Source: Myxococcota bacterium
GTDB lineage: Bacteria; Myxococcota_A; UBA9160; UBA6930
Reading direction: 5' to 3'
Assembly (NCBI GenBank): GCA_965223415.1
Contig: OZ245002.1
Location: 1,730,578-1,794,577 of the forward strand
Length of the DNA stretch: 64,000 nt
The notes under the pieces are model-generated. The model searched no databases, was not told the origin of the DNA, and worked only from the letters and a program-made list of their open reading frames with translations. This document shows positions 52,126 through 60,539 of this stretch, piece after piece; the stretch's first letter is position 1, and every line of letters begins with the position of its first letter. The position numbers were made by a program, and so were the translations under genes.

Positions 52126-53220
52126 ATGGCACTGCGCTGCGGCATCGTGGGCCTCCCGAACGTCGGCAAGAGCACGCTCTTCAACGCGCTCACCGAGGCC
52201 GGGATCGCGGCCGAGAACTACCCGTTCTGCACCATCGAGCCGAACTCGGGCATCGTGCCCGTGCCGGACGAGCGGCTGGGGGGCCTCGACGCCATCGTGC
52301 ACGCCCAGCAAGTCGTTCCCGCGACGGTCGAGTTCACGGACATCGCCGGGCTGGTGCGCGGCGCCTCCCGGGGCGAAGGCCTCGGCAACCAGTTCCTGGC
52401 GAACATTCGCGAGACCGCGGCCGTTGTCCACGTGGTGCGCTGTTTCGAGGACGACGACGTCACCCACGTCGAGGGCAGCGTGGACCCGCTACGGGACGTG
52501 GAGACCATCGAGACCGAGCTCGGCCTGGCGGACCTCGAGACCGTGGAGAAGCGGCTCGACCGGGCGCAGCGCGCGGCCAAGGCGGGGCGCAAGGAGGACC
52601 GGGAGGAGGCGGCCTTCTTCGAGGCGCTGCTCGCGCACCTCTCGGAAGGGAGCCCGGCCAGGAGCTTCGAGGTTCCCGCCGAACAGGCCCAGACCTTTCG
52701 CGAGAGCTTCCTGCTGACCGCGAAGCCGGTCCTGTACGTCGCGAATGTGGACGAGGACGGGCTCACGGAGGGCAACGAGGCGGTGCGAGCCCTGGAGGAA
52801 TACGCTGCGAAGGTGGGCGCGGGCGTCGTGCGCATCTGCGCGAAGGTCGAGGCGGAGCTGGCCGAGCTCGACGCGGAGGAGAAGCGGGAGTTCCTCGACG
52901 ATCTGGGCCTCGCGGAGCCGGGCCTCCACCGCCTGGCCCGAGCCGCCTACGACCTGCTCGAGCTGATCACCTACCTGACGGCGGGGGAGAAGGAGGTGCG
53001 CGCCTGGACCGTGCGCCGGGGCACCCACGCGCCCCAGGCGGCCGGCGAGATCCACACGGACTTCGAGCGCACCTTCATCCGGGCCGAGGTGATCCCCTAC
53101 GATGACTACGTCGCGTGCGGGGGAGAGAACGAAGCCAAGGCCCGCGGCAAGATGCGGGCGGAAGGGAAGGATTACGTGGTGCAGGACGGTGACGTCATCC
53201 TCTTCCGGGTGGGCGCCTGA
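52126..53220 (+). CDS. ychF: Redox-regulated ATPase YchF
   Basis: CGIVGLPNVGKSTLFNALT, NYPFCTIEPN, FTDIAGLVRGAS, and the C-terminal TGS region RAWTVRRGTHAPQAAGEIHTDFERTFIRAEV. Confidence 0.9.
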   Translation: MALRCGIVGLPNVGKSTLFNALTEAGIAAENYPFCTIEPNSGIVPVPDERLGGLDAIVHAQQVVPATVEFTDIAGLVRGASRGEGLGNQFLANIRETAAVVHVVRCFEDDDVTHVEGSVDPLRDVETIETELGLADLETVEKRLDRAQRAAKAGRKEDREEAAFFEALLAHLSEGSPARSFEVPAEQAQTFRESFLLTAKPVLYVANVDEDGLTEGNEAVRALEEYAAKVGAGVVRICAKVEAELAELDAEEKREFLDDLGLAEPGLHRLARAAYDLLELITYLTAGEKEVRAWTVRRGTHAPQAAGEIHTDFERTFIRAEVIPYDDYVACGGENEAKARGKMRAEGKDYVVQDGDVILFRVGA

Positions 53221-53245
53221 TGCCCGTCCATGTGGCGGCTGCCTG

Positions 53246-53728
53246 ATGCCCACCGACTTCCTCACGCCCGAGGAGGTGCTCGCCCGATACACCGCGGGGC
53301 CCAAGACGGGCGTCTTCACCGACGGCTCCTGCGAAGGCAACCCGGGCCCCGGCGGCTGGGGCTTCGTCTGGGTCGAGGACGACGAGATCCGTGCCGAGCG
53401 CTCGGGCCACGATCCCCAGACGACGAACAACCGCATGGAGCTCACCGCGCTGATCGAGGCCTACAAGGCGCTGTCCGAGGACGCCGAGATCACCGTCCAT
53501 TCCGACAGCCAGCTCTGCGTCAAGACCGTCAACGAGTGGGCCGCCGGCTGGGAGCGCCGGGGCTGGAAGCGCAAGACCGGCCCCATCGCGAACCTCGAGC
53601 TCGTGCAGCAGCTCTACGCCCTGGCGAACGCCCACCCCGGAGTGACCCTCCAGTGGATCAAGGCCCACGACGGCAGCCGCTGGAACGAGTACGCCGACGC
53701 CCTCGCCTCCAGCTTCGAAGACCGCTGA
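53246..53728 (+). CDS. rnhA: Ribonuclease HI
   Basis: VFTDGSCEGNPGPGGWGFV, TNNRMELTALIEA, VHSDSQ, WIKAHDGSRWNEYADALA: the DEDD catalytic pattern. Confidence 0.85.
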   Translation: MPTDFLTPEEVLARYTAGPKTGVFTDGSCEGNPGPGGWGFVWVEDDEIRAERSGHDPQTTNNRMELTALIEAYKALSEDAEITVHSDSQLCVKTVNEWAAGWERRGWKRKTGPIANLELVQQLYALANAHPGVTLQWIKAHDGSRWNEYADALASSFEDR

Positions 53729-53740
53729 CGTTGCGTCGGG

Positions 53741-53815
53741 TGTTGCGTTAGGGGCCGGTTCCGTTTGTTGCGTTGCGAAGCAACGCAACAAACGGAACCG
53801 GCCCCTAACGCAACA
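53741..53815. repeat. 75-bp perfect palindrome (36-nt arms, 3-nt loop) of the TTGCGTTAGGGGCCGGTT family
   Basis: tgttgcgttaggggccggttccgtttgttgcgttgc gaa gcaacgcaacaaacggaaccggcccctaacgcaaca, with every arm position checked as complementary. The right arm contains the last codons and stop (V-L-R-TAG, comp. 53805-) of the CoA-transferase. An extra partial copy, gttgcgtcggg, lies at 53730-53740. Confidence 0.85.
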
Positions 53816-54998
53816 CGCCGTTCTGGCGGAGGGCGGCGAGCGCCTCGTCGGCGAGGCCCAGCTCTTCGCGGAGGACTTCGTCGCTGTGCTCGCCGAGGAG
53901 GGGGGCGCGGGTCATCTCGACCTCGCTGGCCGAGAGGCGGGGCGCGAAGCCGAGCAGCCGGACGCGGCCGCGCTCCGGGTGCTCCACCTCCTGGACGAAG
54001 CCGCGCTCCAGCAGATGGGGGTCGTGGTGGAGATCGCGGGTATCGAGAATCGCCGAGCAGGGAACGCCCGCCTTGCCGAGGACCTCCATCACCTCGTACT
54101 TCGTGCGCTCGCGGATCCAGGCGGTCACCTCTTCGCGCAGGGCCTCGCCGTTCTCCATCCGCGCCGCCTCGGTCTCGAAGCGCGGATCCACCAGCATGTC
54201 CAGGCGCTCCATCGCCATGCACAGGTGGTCCCAGTGCCGATTCGTCACGGTGATCAGGTAGGCGTAGTCGTTCGCGCCGAAGGGCTTGCAGGGATAGAGC
54301 CCGGTCGGCGAAGAGCCCATCGTGTTGCCGATGCGCGGCACCACCTGCTCGCCGAAGTCCGACGCGAAGGAAATGCGCGTGCGCATGAAGTAGGTCATCG
54401 CCTCCTGCATCGAGATCTCGATCTGCTGCCCCTCGCCGGTGCGCATGCGCTGAATCACGGCGGCGAGGATCGCCACGGCGAGCTGCACGCCGGTGCCCGA
54501 ATCGGCGGTCGTCGGCCCGGGGAGCATCGGCGGCCCGTCGAACTCCCCGGTCACCGAGAAGGTCCCCGCGGCGGCCTGGGCGATCATGTCGTAGCTCTTG
54601 TACTCCGCGTAGGGCCCGGAGCCGCCGAAGCCCTTGATCTGAGCGTAGATGATCCCGGGATGCGCGGCCTTGAGGGTCTCGTACTCGAGGCCCATCCGCT
54701 CCACGACACCGGGCCCGTAGTTCTCGACGAAGACGTCGAAGCGCGGCGCCAGCTTCAGCAGGATGTCTCGCCCTTCGGCCGTGGTGAGGTCGAGGGCGAG
54801 GCTGCGCTTGTTCGCGTTCCAGTTGCAGAAGTAGGGCGAGTAGTCGCCGCCCACCACGAGCGTGCGCCCCGGATCGCCGTGCTTGGGCGCCTCCACCTTC
54901 ACGACGTCGGCGCCGAGCCAGGCCAGGGCCTGGGTGCAGGAGGTGCCCGCCTCGTACTGGGTCATATCGAGAATGCGCAGACCGTCGAGAGCCGCCAT
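53805..54998 (-). CDS. CaiB/BaiF family (class III) CoA-transferase
   Basis: MAALDGLRILDMTQYEAGTSCTQALAWLGADVVKVE...FVENYGPGVVERMGL...TTADSGTG...LGEHSDEVL. A GGAGG RBS is present. This is the inner ATG of ORF 53805..55694. Confidence 0.85.
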   Translation of the reverse strand: MAALDGLRILDMTQYEAGTSCTQALAWLGADVVKVEAPKHGDPGRTLVVGGDYSPYFCNWNANKRSLALDLTTAEGRDILLKLAPRFDVFVENYGPGVVERMGLEYETLKAAHPGIIYAQIKGFGGSGPYAEYKSYDMIAQAAAGTFSVTGEFDGPPMLPGPTTADSGTGVQLAVAILAAVIQRMRTGEGQQIEISMQEAMTYFMRTRISFASDFGEQVVPRIGNTMGSSPTGLYPCKPFGANDYAYLITVTNRHWDHLCMAMERLDMLVDPRFETEAARMENGEALREEVTAWIRERTKYEVMEVLGKAGVPCSAILDTRDLHHDPHLLERGFVQEVEHPERGRVRLLGFAPRLSASEVEMTRAPLLGEHSDEVLREELGLADEALAALRQNGVLR

Positions 54999-55012
54999 GG
55001 GAGCCTCCTCCG

Positions 55013-55579
55013 TCAGGCCGAGAGGGTACGCCGCCCGGTGGCTCTCCGCGCCAGGAGCCACGCGACGCCCGCGCACACCAGGATCGGCGCCGCCGCGTAG
55101 CTGCCCTCGAAGGACGCCGGGAAGCGCAGGCCGGTCGCCGCCAGGGTGGCGTCGTCGGCATGGGCGCGGATCCAGCCGAGGGCGAGCCAGAACCCCGGGT
55201 TCCAGTGCAGCGCCCGGTGCAGACCGGCCGGCAGCACGAAGAGCAGCGCCGGAAGCGCCGCGATGCCGAGCCCGAGGGCCGCCGTCTGGGCGGCCTTGGC
55301 TTGCGTCGCGCGGGTCGCCACGGCGAAGGCGAGCAGGTTGCCCGCCAGCGCCGCACCGAGCAGGAGCCCGCAGAAGAGTGCCGGCCGCACCAACGGGAGC
55401 CCGTGCAGCGCGAAGCCCAGCCAGCCTATGGGCACGGCGATCGCCACGCACACCAGGGCGTGGCGCAGCCCCGGAAGCACCCCGCTGCGCCGCCAGTGGG
55501 TGCCGGCAGCGAGGCCCACCGCGAGCACGCCCGCCAGCGGAAGCACCGGCGAACGGAACAGCGCCTCGAACTCGTTCAC
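55013..55579 (-). CDS. Hypothetical polytopic membrane protein (~6 TM segments)
   Basis: VNEFEALFRSPVLPLAGVLAVGLAAG...VCVAIAVPIGWLGFAL...FCGLLLGAALAGNLLAFAV...ALGLGIAALPALLFVL. The GTG start overlaps the nitroreductase stop (GTGA). I recognised no family. Confidence 0.5.
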   Translation of the reverse strand: MNEFEALFRSPVLPLAGVLAVGLAAGTHWRRSGVLPGLRHALVCVAIAVPIGWLGFALHGLPLVRPALFCGLLLGAALAGNLLAFAVATRATQAKAAQTAALGLGIAALPALLFVLPAGLHRALHWNPGFWLALGWIRAHADDATLAATGLRFPASFEGSYAAAPILVCAGVAWLLARRATGRRTLSA

Positions 55580-56244
55580 GCTGCGGCGTCCCCGCCCGGC
55601 TCCTCGTAGCGCTCCCAGTGCAGCAGGTCGTCCACCGGCCGGCGCGGCGGACGGTCGTAGCGACCCACCGGCCAACCGATCGGCAGCAGCGCACAGCTGG
55701 GGCATTCCTCGGGCAGTCCGAGCCAGCGATCGCACTCCTCGCCGAAGCCCGTGTGCAGGGTCGTCAGGCTGGCGCCCAGGCCGACGGCCCGGCACGCGAG
55801 CAGCACGTTCTGGATGCACGGCATCAGGGCCTGGAGCTGCGGCTGCCCCCGGCGCCGATAGCCCGCCACGAACAGGTGCACGGGCACCTCGTACAGGCGA
55901 TCGGCCAGGTGGATCGCTGCCCGCTGCATGCGCCGCCGGGCCTCGGGGAAGGCCGGATCCCGCTCCGCGCGCTCCACGGCGGGCGCGATGTAGCGATGGA
56001 AGCGGGGCCGGTAGCGATCCGCGACCCACTGCCGACGCTCCGGATCGGTAACGGCGACGAAGCGCCAGGGCTGCCGGTTTCCGCCGCTCGGCGCGAAGGT
56101 GCCCGCCTCGCACACCTTGCGGATCAGGGCCCGGGGCACCGGGTCGGGCCGCAGCCGACGGATGGCCCGGGTGGTGCGGATGCCTTCGAGGAGCGGAACC
56201 TCCTCGCCCAGGCGCTCGATGGCGGCAGCGTCGAGGTCGGACAT
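55576..56244 (-). CDS. Nitroreductase family protein
   Basis: TTRAIRRLRPDPVPRALIRKVCEAGTFAPSGGNRQPWRFVAV...IQNVLLACRAVGLGASLTT...LLPIGWP. Confidence 0.8.
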   Translation of the reverse strand: MSDLDAAAIERLGEEVPLLEGIRTTRAIRRLRPDPVPRALIRKVCEAGTFAPSGGNRQPWRFVAVTDPERRQWVADRYRPRFHRYIAPAVERAERDPAFPEARRRMQRAAIHLADRLYEVPVHLFVAGYRRRGQPQLQALMPCIQNVLLACRAVGLGASLTTLHTGFGEECDRWLGLPEECPSCALLPIGWPVGRYDRPPRRPVDDLLHWERYEEPGGDAAA

Positions 56245-56266
56245 GGCCTGACGCTAGACTTCCGGC

Positions 56267-57106
56267 ATGCACGAGGCAAAGCGGGTGCGGGTCGGTCCCC
56301 TGGAGATGGAGTACACCGAGGCCGGCCGGGGCGAGCGGCCCTTCGTCCTGGTCCATGGCTTCACCGGCTCGCGGGACGACTTCGCGGACGTGCTTGCGCA
56401 CCTGGGCGAGCTGGGCCACACGGTGACGCCGGACAACCGAGGCCACGGGGGAACCACGAACCCGGGCGTGCCCGAGGCCTACAGCCTCGAGCACCTGCGC
56501 GACGATCTGCTGGGCCTGCTCGACGCCCTGGGCCACGAGCGGGTCGACCTGCTGGGCCACTCCCTCGGCGGCATGATCGCCCTGCGCTTCGTGCTCGCGC
56601 ACCCGGACCGGGTCGCGTCGCTGGTGCTGATGGATACGGCGCCGGCGGCGATGCGGGGCATGCCGCGGGAGGTGTTCGAGGCGGGCGCCAAGGTCGCCCG
56701 CGAGCACGGCATGGCGGCACTCTTCGCGGGCATGCGGGCGCGCCCACCGGGGATCCAACCGGAGGCCGTGAAGCGCACCATCGAGAGGATGGGTGAGGAG
56801 CGCTACTGGGCGCGCATCGAGGCGAAGCTCCTGGCCATGGATCCGGAGGCCTTCGCGACCCTGTCCGCGGTGCTCGCGGAGCAGGAGCCGGTGACCGGGC
56901 GGCTCGGGGAGATCCGCTGCCCCACCCTGGTCCTGGTCGGCGAGCAGGACGTGCCCTTCGTCCCACCTTCCCGAGAGATGGCCGAGCGCATCCCCGCCGC
57001 CGAGCTCCTGGTGGTGGAAGGCGCCGCCCACAGCCCCCAGTTCGAGAACGAAGCCGTCTGGCTGGACGCGGTCACGAGCCATCTTCGCCGCGCACGCGCC
57101 GGGTGA
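56267..57106 (+). CDS. Alpha/beta hydrolase
   Basis: FVLVHGFTGS, LLGHSLGGMIAL (GxSxG), VLVGEQD, GAAHSPQFE. Confidence 0.8.
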   Translation: MHEAKRVRVGPLEMEYTEAGRGERPFVLVHGFTGSRDDFADVLAHLGELGHTVTPDNRGHGGTTNPGVPEAYSLEHLRDDLLGLLDALGHERVDLLGHSLGGMIALRFVLAHPDRVASLVLMDTAPAAMRGMPREVFEAGAKVAREHGMAALFAGMRARPPGIQPEAVKRTIERMGEERYWARIEAKLLAMDPEAFATLSAVLAEQEPVTGRLGEIRCPTLVLVGEQDVPFVPPSREMAERIPAAELLVVEGAAHSPQFENEAVWLDAVTSHLRRARAG

Positions 57107-57600
57107 ACGTCCACTTCCAGGCGCTGGCCCGCTACAACCGCGGCGCCAACGTGCGGCTCTACCGGGCCTGCGGCAGCTTGGCCGACGAGGAACGCCGTCG
57201 CGATCGCGGCGCCTTCTTCGGCTCGATCCACGCCACCCTCAACCACATCCTGGTCGGCGACCGCATCTGGATGGCCCGCTTCGAGGGCGAGGCGGTCCCT
57301 TCGACCGGGCTGGACGCGATCCTCTACGACGACTGGGGCGATCTGCGCGCGACCCGCCGCGTCGAAGACGATCGCATCCTCCACTTCACGGAGACCCTCG
57401 AGCCGGCCTTCCTCGAGAGCGAGATCGAGTACGTCAACAACGAAGGCCGCACCTTCCGCGACCCCGTCGCCGTGCTCCTTTCCCACTTCTTCAACCACCA
57501 GACCCATCACCGCGGCCAGATCCACTGCCTCCTCACCCAGGCCGGTGTCGAGGCGCCGGTGCTCGACATGCACCGCGTCCTCATCCCCCATCCACCGTAG
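57103..57600 (+). CDS. DinB family protein
   Basis: The GTG start overlaps the upstream stop. ARYNRGANVRLY...IHATLNHILVGDRIWMARF...LLSHFFNHQTHHRGQIHCLLTQAG shows the His triad of the DinB/YfiT fold. Confidence 0.75.
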   Translation: MNVHFQALARYNRGANVRLYRACGSLADEERRRDRGAFFGSIHATLNHILVGDRIWMARFEGEAVPSTGLDAILYDDWGDLRATRRVEDDRILHFTETLEPAFLESEIEYVNNEGRTFRDPVAVLLSHFFNHQTHHRGQIHCLLTQAGVEAPVLDMHRVLIPHPP

Positions 57601-57678
57601 AAGTGCAAGAGTGGGGACGTTCCTTGCAACTTGCGCAATTGCGCAAGTTGCAAGGAACGTCCCCACTCTTGCACTTCT
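57599..57678. repeat. 80-bp perfect, loop-less palindrome in a convergent junction
   Basis: agaagtgcaagagtggggacgttccttgcaacttgcgcaa|ttgcgcaagttgcaaggaacgtccccactcttgcacttct. All 40 pairs were checked. Each arm can also fold on itself (tgcaag...cttgca), displaying GGGGACGTTC. It starts inside the DinB stop codon (TAG at 57598-600). Confidence 0.9.
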
Positions 57679-57683
57679 CTACT

Positions 57684-58106
57684 TCAGGGGGTCTTGCCGA
57701 GCTTGAGGATGTGGTCGAAGGCCTTCTTGTCGATGGGCATGACCGAGAGACGGGATTGCTTGACGAGGGCGATCTCGGCGAGCTTCGGGTCGGCCTTGAT
57801 GGCGGCGAGGGTGACGGGCTCCTTCAGCGGCTTCAGCGGTGCCAGGTCGACCACGACCCAGCGCTCGTCGTCGGTGGTCGGGTCCGGATAGCTCTCGCGG
57901 GTGACCTTCGCGACGCCCACCACTTCCTTGCCCTCGTTCGAGTGGTAGTAGAGGACGTGGTCTCCCTTCTTCATGGCCTGCAGGTTGTTGCGCGCGGTGT
58001 AGTTGCGCACGCCGTCCCAGTAGGTGCTCCGGTCCTTCACGAGCTGATCCCACGAGTACTTAAACGGCTCCGACTTCACGAGCCAGTAGCTGCGCGCCCG
58101 CGCCAT
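57684..58106 (-). CDS. EVE (PUA-like, DUF55) domain protein
   Basis: MARARSYWLVKSEPFKYSWDQLVKDRSTYWDGVRNYTARNNLQAMKKGDHVLYYHSNEGKEVVGVAKVTRESYPDP is the canonical EVE-domain pattern. GGAGG lies upstream. Confidence 0.85.
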   Translation of the reverse strand: MARARSYWLVKSEPFKYSWDQLVKDRSTYWDGVRNYTARNNLQAMKKGDHVLYYHSNEGKEVVGVAKVTRESYPDPTTDDERWVVVDLAPLKPLKEPVTLAAIKADPKLAEIALVKQSRLSVMPIDKKAFDHILKLGKTP

Positions 58107-58119
58107 CCGCGCCTCCTCT

Positions 58120-59049
58120 ATGATCCGGGGCATGGACGATACCCCGGCCCTCCAGGATCTCGACCTCGGAAGCGCCACGGTGCTGCTCGGCGAGAAGCAG
58201 GGCAAGTATCCCCAGGGCAACTCCGTCCTCGTGCGCGGGAGCGAGGAGACGGTGGTGATCGACCCGTGCCTCGGCCTCGTGCCACGCCGCGAAGCGCTGC
58301 CGGCGGTGGACCGCGTGTTGCTGAGCCACTGCCACGAGGATCACCAGGCGGGTGCCTTCCTCTTCCCGGAAACGCCGATCCACCTGCACGAGGCGGACCT
58401 GCCGGGGCTCCAGAGCCTTCCGGGCTTCCTCGCCATCTTCGGCTTCGACGACTACCCGGAGGTCGCGTCCGCCTGGGAAGAGGCGGTCCAGCAACAGTTC
58501 CACTTTCAAGTGCGGCGAGACGCCCTCCCGTTCCGGGACGGCGACATCTTCGAGCTGGGTGGCGACGTGCGTGTCGAGGTCGTGCACACGCCGGGGCACA
58601 CCCGCGGCCACTCGGCCTTCCACCTGCAGCCCGCCGACGTCCTCTTCCTCGGCGACATCGACCTCTCGAGCTTCGGCCCCTACTACGGCGACGCCTGGTC
58701 GGATCTCGAGGCCTTCGAGCGCAGCCTGGCCCGCGTCCGCGACATCCCCGCGCGCCACTACGCCACCTTCCACCACGTCGGAGTGGTCGACCGCCCCATC
58801 TTCCTGGAGCGGCTCGAGCGGTTCTCGGCGAAGATCGCCGAGCGGGAGGGCCGGCTGCTCGAGTTCCTGGCCGAGCCCCACAGTCTGGACGACGTGGCCC
58901 GCCACCGCTTCGTCTACCGTCCGGGCGACCCCGTGGCCTTCGCCGAGCCCGTCGAGCGGCGCAGCATGGCCCAGCACGTCGAGCGGCTGGTGCGCCAGGG
59001 ACGTGTGGAGGAGGTGGAACCCGGCGTCTTCCGGAGCAATGGGGTATAG
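58120..59049 (+). CDS. MBL-fold metallo-hydrolase
   Basis: VLLSHCHEDHQAG (HxHxDH), VVHTPGHTRGH, FLGDID. An alternative start is ATG at 58132. Its start lies only 13 bp from the divergent EVE start. Confidence 0.8.
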   Translation: MIRGMDDTPALQDLDLGSATVLLGEKQGKYPQGNSVLVRGSEETVVIDPCLGLVPRREALPAVDRVLLSHCHEDHQAGAFLFPETPIHLHEADLPGLQSLPGFLAIFGFDDYPEVASAWEEAVQQQFHFQVRRDALPFRDGDIFELGGDVRVEVVHTPGHTRGHSAFHLQPADVLFLGDIDLSSFGPYYGDAWSDLEAFERSLARVRDIPARHYATFHHVGVVDRPIFLERLERFSAKIAEREGRLLEFLAEPHSLDDVARHRFVYRPGDPVAFAEPVERRSMAQHVERLVRQGRVEEVEPGVFRSNGV

Positions 59050-59099
59050 ATTCTGCCTCGCGCGGCCCGGGCCGACCCGGGAGTGCCACGGAGGGAACG

Positions 59100-59315
59100 A
59101 TGAAGGTCAAGGTCGACTGGGACCTGTGTGAGGCCAACGCCGTCTGCATGGACGTCGCCCCGGCGCTGTTCCACGTGAACGACGAGGACGAGTTCAGTCA
59201 CAAGGTCGCGGGCGATGCCGAGGACACCTCGGGCGCGATCCCGGGGGATCAGGTCGACAAGGCGAAGGAGGCGGTGCGCCTCTGCCCCCGTCAGGCCCTG
59301 TCCATCATCGAGTAG
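59100..59315 (+). CDS. Small single-cluster ([3Fe-4S]-type) ferredoxin
   Basis: GGAGGGAAC lies upstream. MKVKVDWDLCEANAVCMDVAPALFHVNDE...AKEAVRLCPRQALSIIE follows the CxxxxxC...CP pattern of the small actinobacterial-type ferredoxins. Confidence 0.75.
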   Translation: MKVKVDWDLCEANAVCMDVAPALFHVNDEDEFSHKVAGDAEDTSGAIPGDQVDKAKEAVRLCPRQALSIIE

Positions 59316-59324
59316 ACGGGCGCT

Positions 59325-59741
59325 TCAGGCGCCCGCCTCCGGGTCCATGGACTCGTCGAGGCGGAGCGCCACGGAGTTCATGCAGTAGCGCTGGCCCGTC
59401 GGCCGGGGACCGTCGGGGAAGACGTGGCCCAGGTGGCCGCCGCAGGCTGCGCACACCACCTCGGTGCGGACCATTCCGAGGCTGGTATCGCTGTGCTCCA
59501 CCACTCGATCCGGCGCGATCGGCTCCCAGAAGCTGGGCCAGCCGGTGCCGGAATCGAACTTCGTGGTCGAACGGAACAGCGGCGTGTCGCATCCCGCACA
59601 GCGGTAGATGCCCGGCGTCTTCTCGTCGTGGTAGGCGCCGGTGAACGCCCGCTCGGTTCCCGCCTGCCGCAGCACCGCGTACTGGTCGGGCGTGAGCTCC
59701 GCCTTCCACTCCTCGTCCGTCCTCTCGTCCTTGCCGCCCAT
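59325..59741 (-). CDS. msrB: Peptide-methionine (R)-S-oxide reductase
   Basis: [11 protein letters not shown]...GWPSF...[18 protein letters not shown]...RYCMNS: the two CxxC Zn motifs and the catalytic Cys. Confidence 0.9.
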   Translation of the reverse strand: MGGKDERTDEEWKAELTPDQYAVLRQAGTERAFTGAYHDEKTPGIYRCAGCDTPLFRSTTKFDSGTGWPSFWEPIAPDRVVEHSDTSLGMVRTEVVCAACGGHLGHVFPDGPRPTGQRYCMNSVALRLDESMDPEAGA

Positions 59742-59759
59742 CTCGCTTCCTCCCGGGTG

Positions 59760-60047
59760 CTAGCCGTTCCCGCAGGTGCGGAGCATCGACATCGCCATGG
59801 CCAGTACCGCGGTGATGATCCAAACCAGGTTGCGCCCGCGGCTCTGGATCTCCCGCTCCTCCGAGTCCTCGTCGTGCTCGTAGGGAACGGCCATCTCGCC
59901 GCCGAGCGGCGGCTCCTCCCGACGCTGGATCACACCGAGGATCCCGCGTCCGAGCGGCCCGCCGCAATGGACGCAGCGCTTCGTGCCGGGAGCGAACGAC
60001 GTCTGGCACCGCTCGCAACGCACCTCATAGACGCTGGATTCAGCCAC
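59760..60047 (-). CDS. Small zinc-ribbon protein with a C-terminal TM helix
   Basis: MAESSVYEVRCERCQTSFAPGTKRCVHCGGPL... followed by NLVWIITAVLAMAMSML. I recognised no family. Confidence 0.5.
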   Translation of the reverse strand: MAESSVYEVRCERCQTSFAPGTKRCVHCGGPLGRGILGVIQRREEPPLGGEMAVPYEHDEDSEEREIQSRGRNLVWIITAVLAMAMSMLRTCGNG

Positions 60048-60081
60048 ACCCGGAAGTTAACGGAGGATCCGGCCCCTGGGC

Positions 60082-60537
60082 TCACTGGGGGATCTGGAGG
60101 GCCTCGGGAAGGGTGCCTTCCATGAAGGCCTGGTCCTCGCGGCGGCTCGCGATGCGCCAGCCGTCGGGCGTGCGGACAAGATCGTCCACGTAGTAGGCAC
60201 CGACGGTGAACTGGTGGAGGCTGCCGTCCGGGTTGGCGAAGCCCATCGGGTTGAGCACCGCGGTGCGGGCGCGCGCGCGATCGCCGTCGAGGGTGACCTC
60301 GGAGTTGGTGATGTAGTGGACGGTCATCGGGAAGGGCGCCAGCGCCTTCTCGAGCCAGGCGCGCGCCTCCGGATAGGAGCCCTTGATGCCGCCGGAGGAG
60401 ACGTAGTCCACCTCCGCGTCGGGCGTGAAGCACTCGTCGAGGAGCGCCCAGTCCTTCTCGTCGATCGCCTTCGTGTAACGAACGAGCAGGTCCTGGATCT
60501 CGAGGCGATCCGAGACCTCCTGGAGCGACAGCGCCAC
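60082..60537 (-). CDS. SnoaL-like/NTF2-fold protein
   Basis: The GTG start at comp. 60535-37 lies 2 nt after the thiolase stop. LEIQDLLVRYTKAIDEKDWALLDECFTPDAEVDY...TVGAYYVDDLVRTPDGWRIASR is the SnoaL_4 pattern. Confidence 0.7.
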   Translation of the reverse strand: MALSLQEVSDRLEIQDLLVRYTKAIDEKDWALLDECFTPDAEVDYVSSGGIKGSYPEARAWLEKALAPFPMTVHYITNSEVTLDGDRARARTAVLNPMGFANPDGSLHQFTVGAYYVDDLVRTPDGWRIASRREDQAFMEGTLPEALQIPQ

Positions 60538-60539
60538 GG

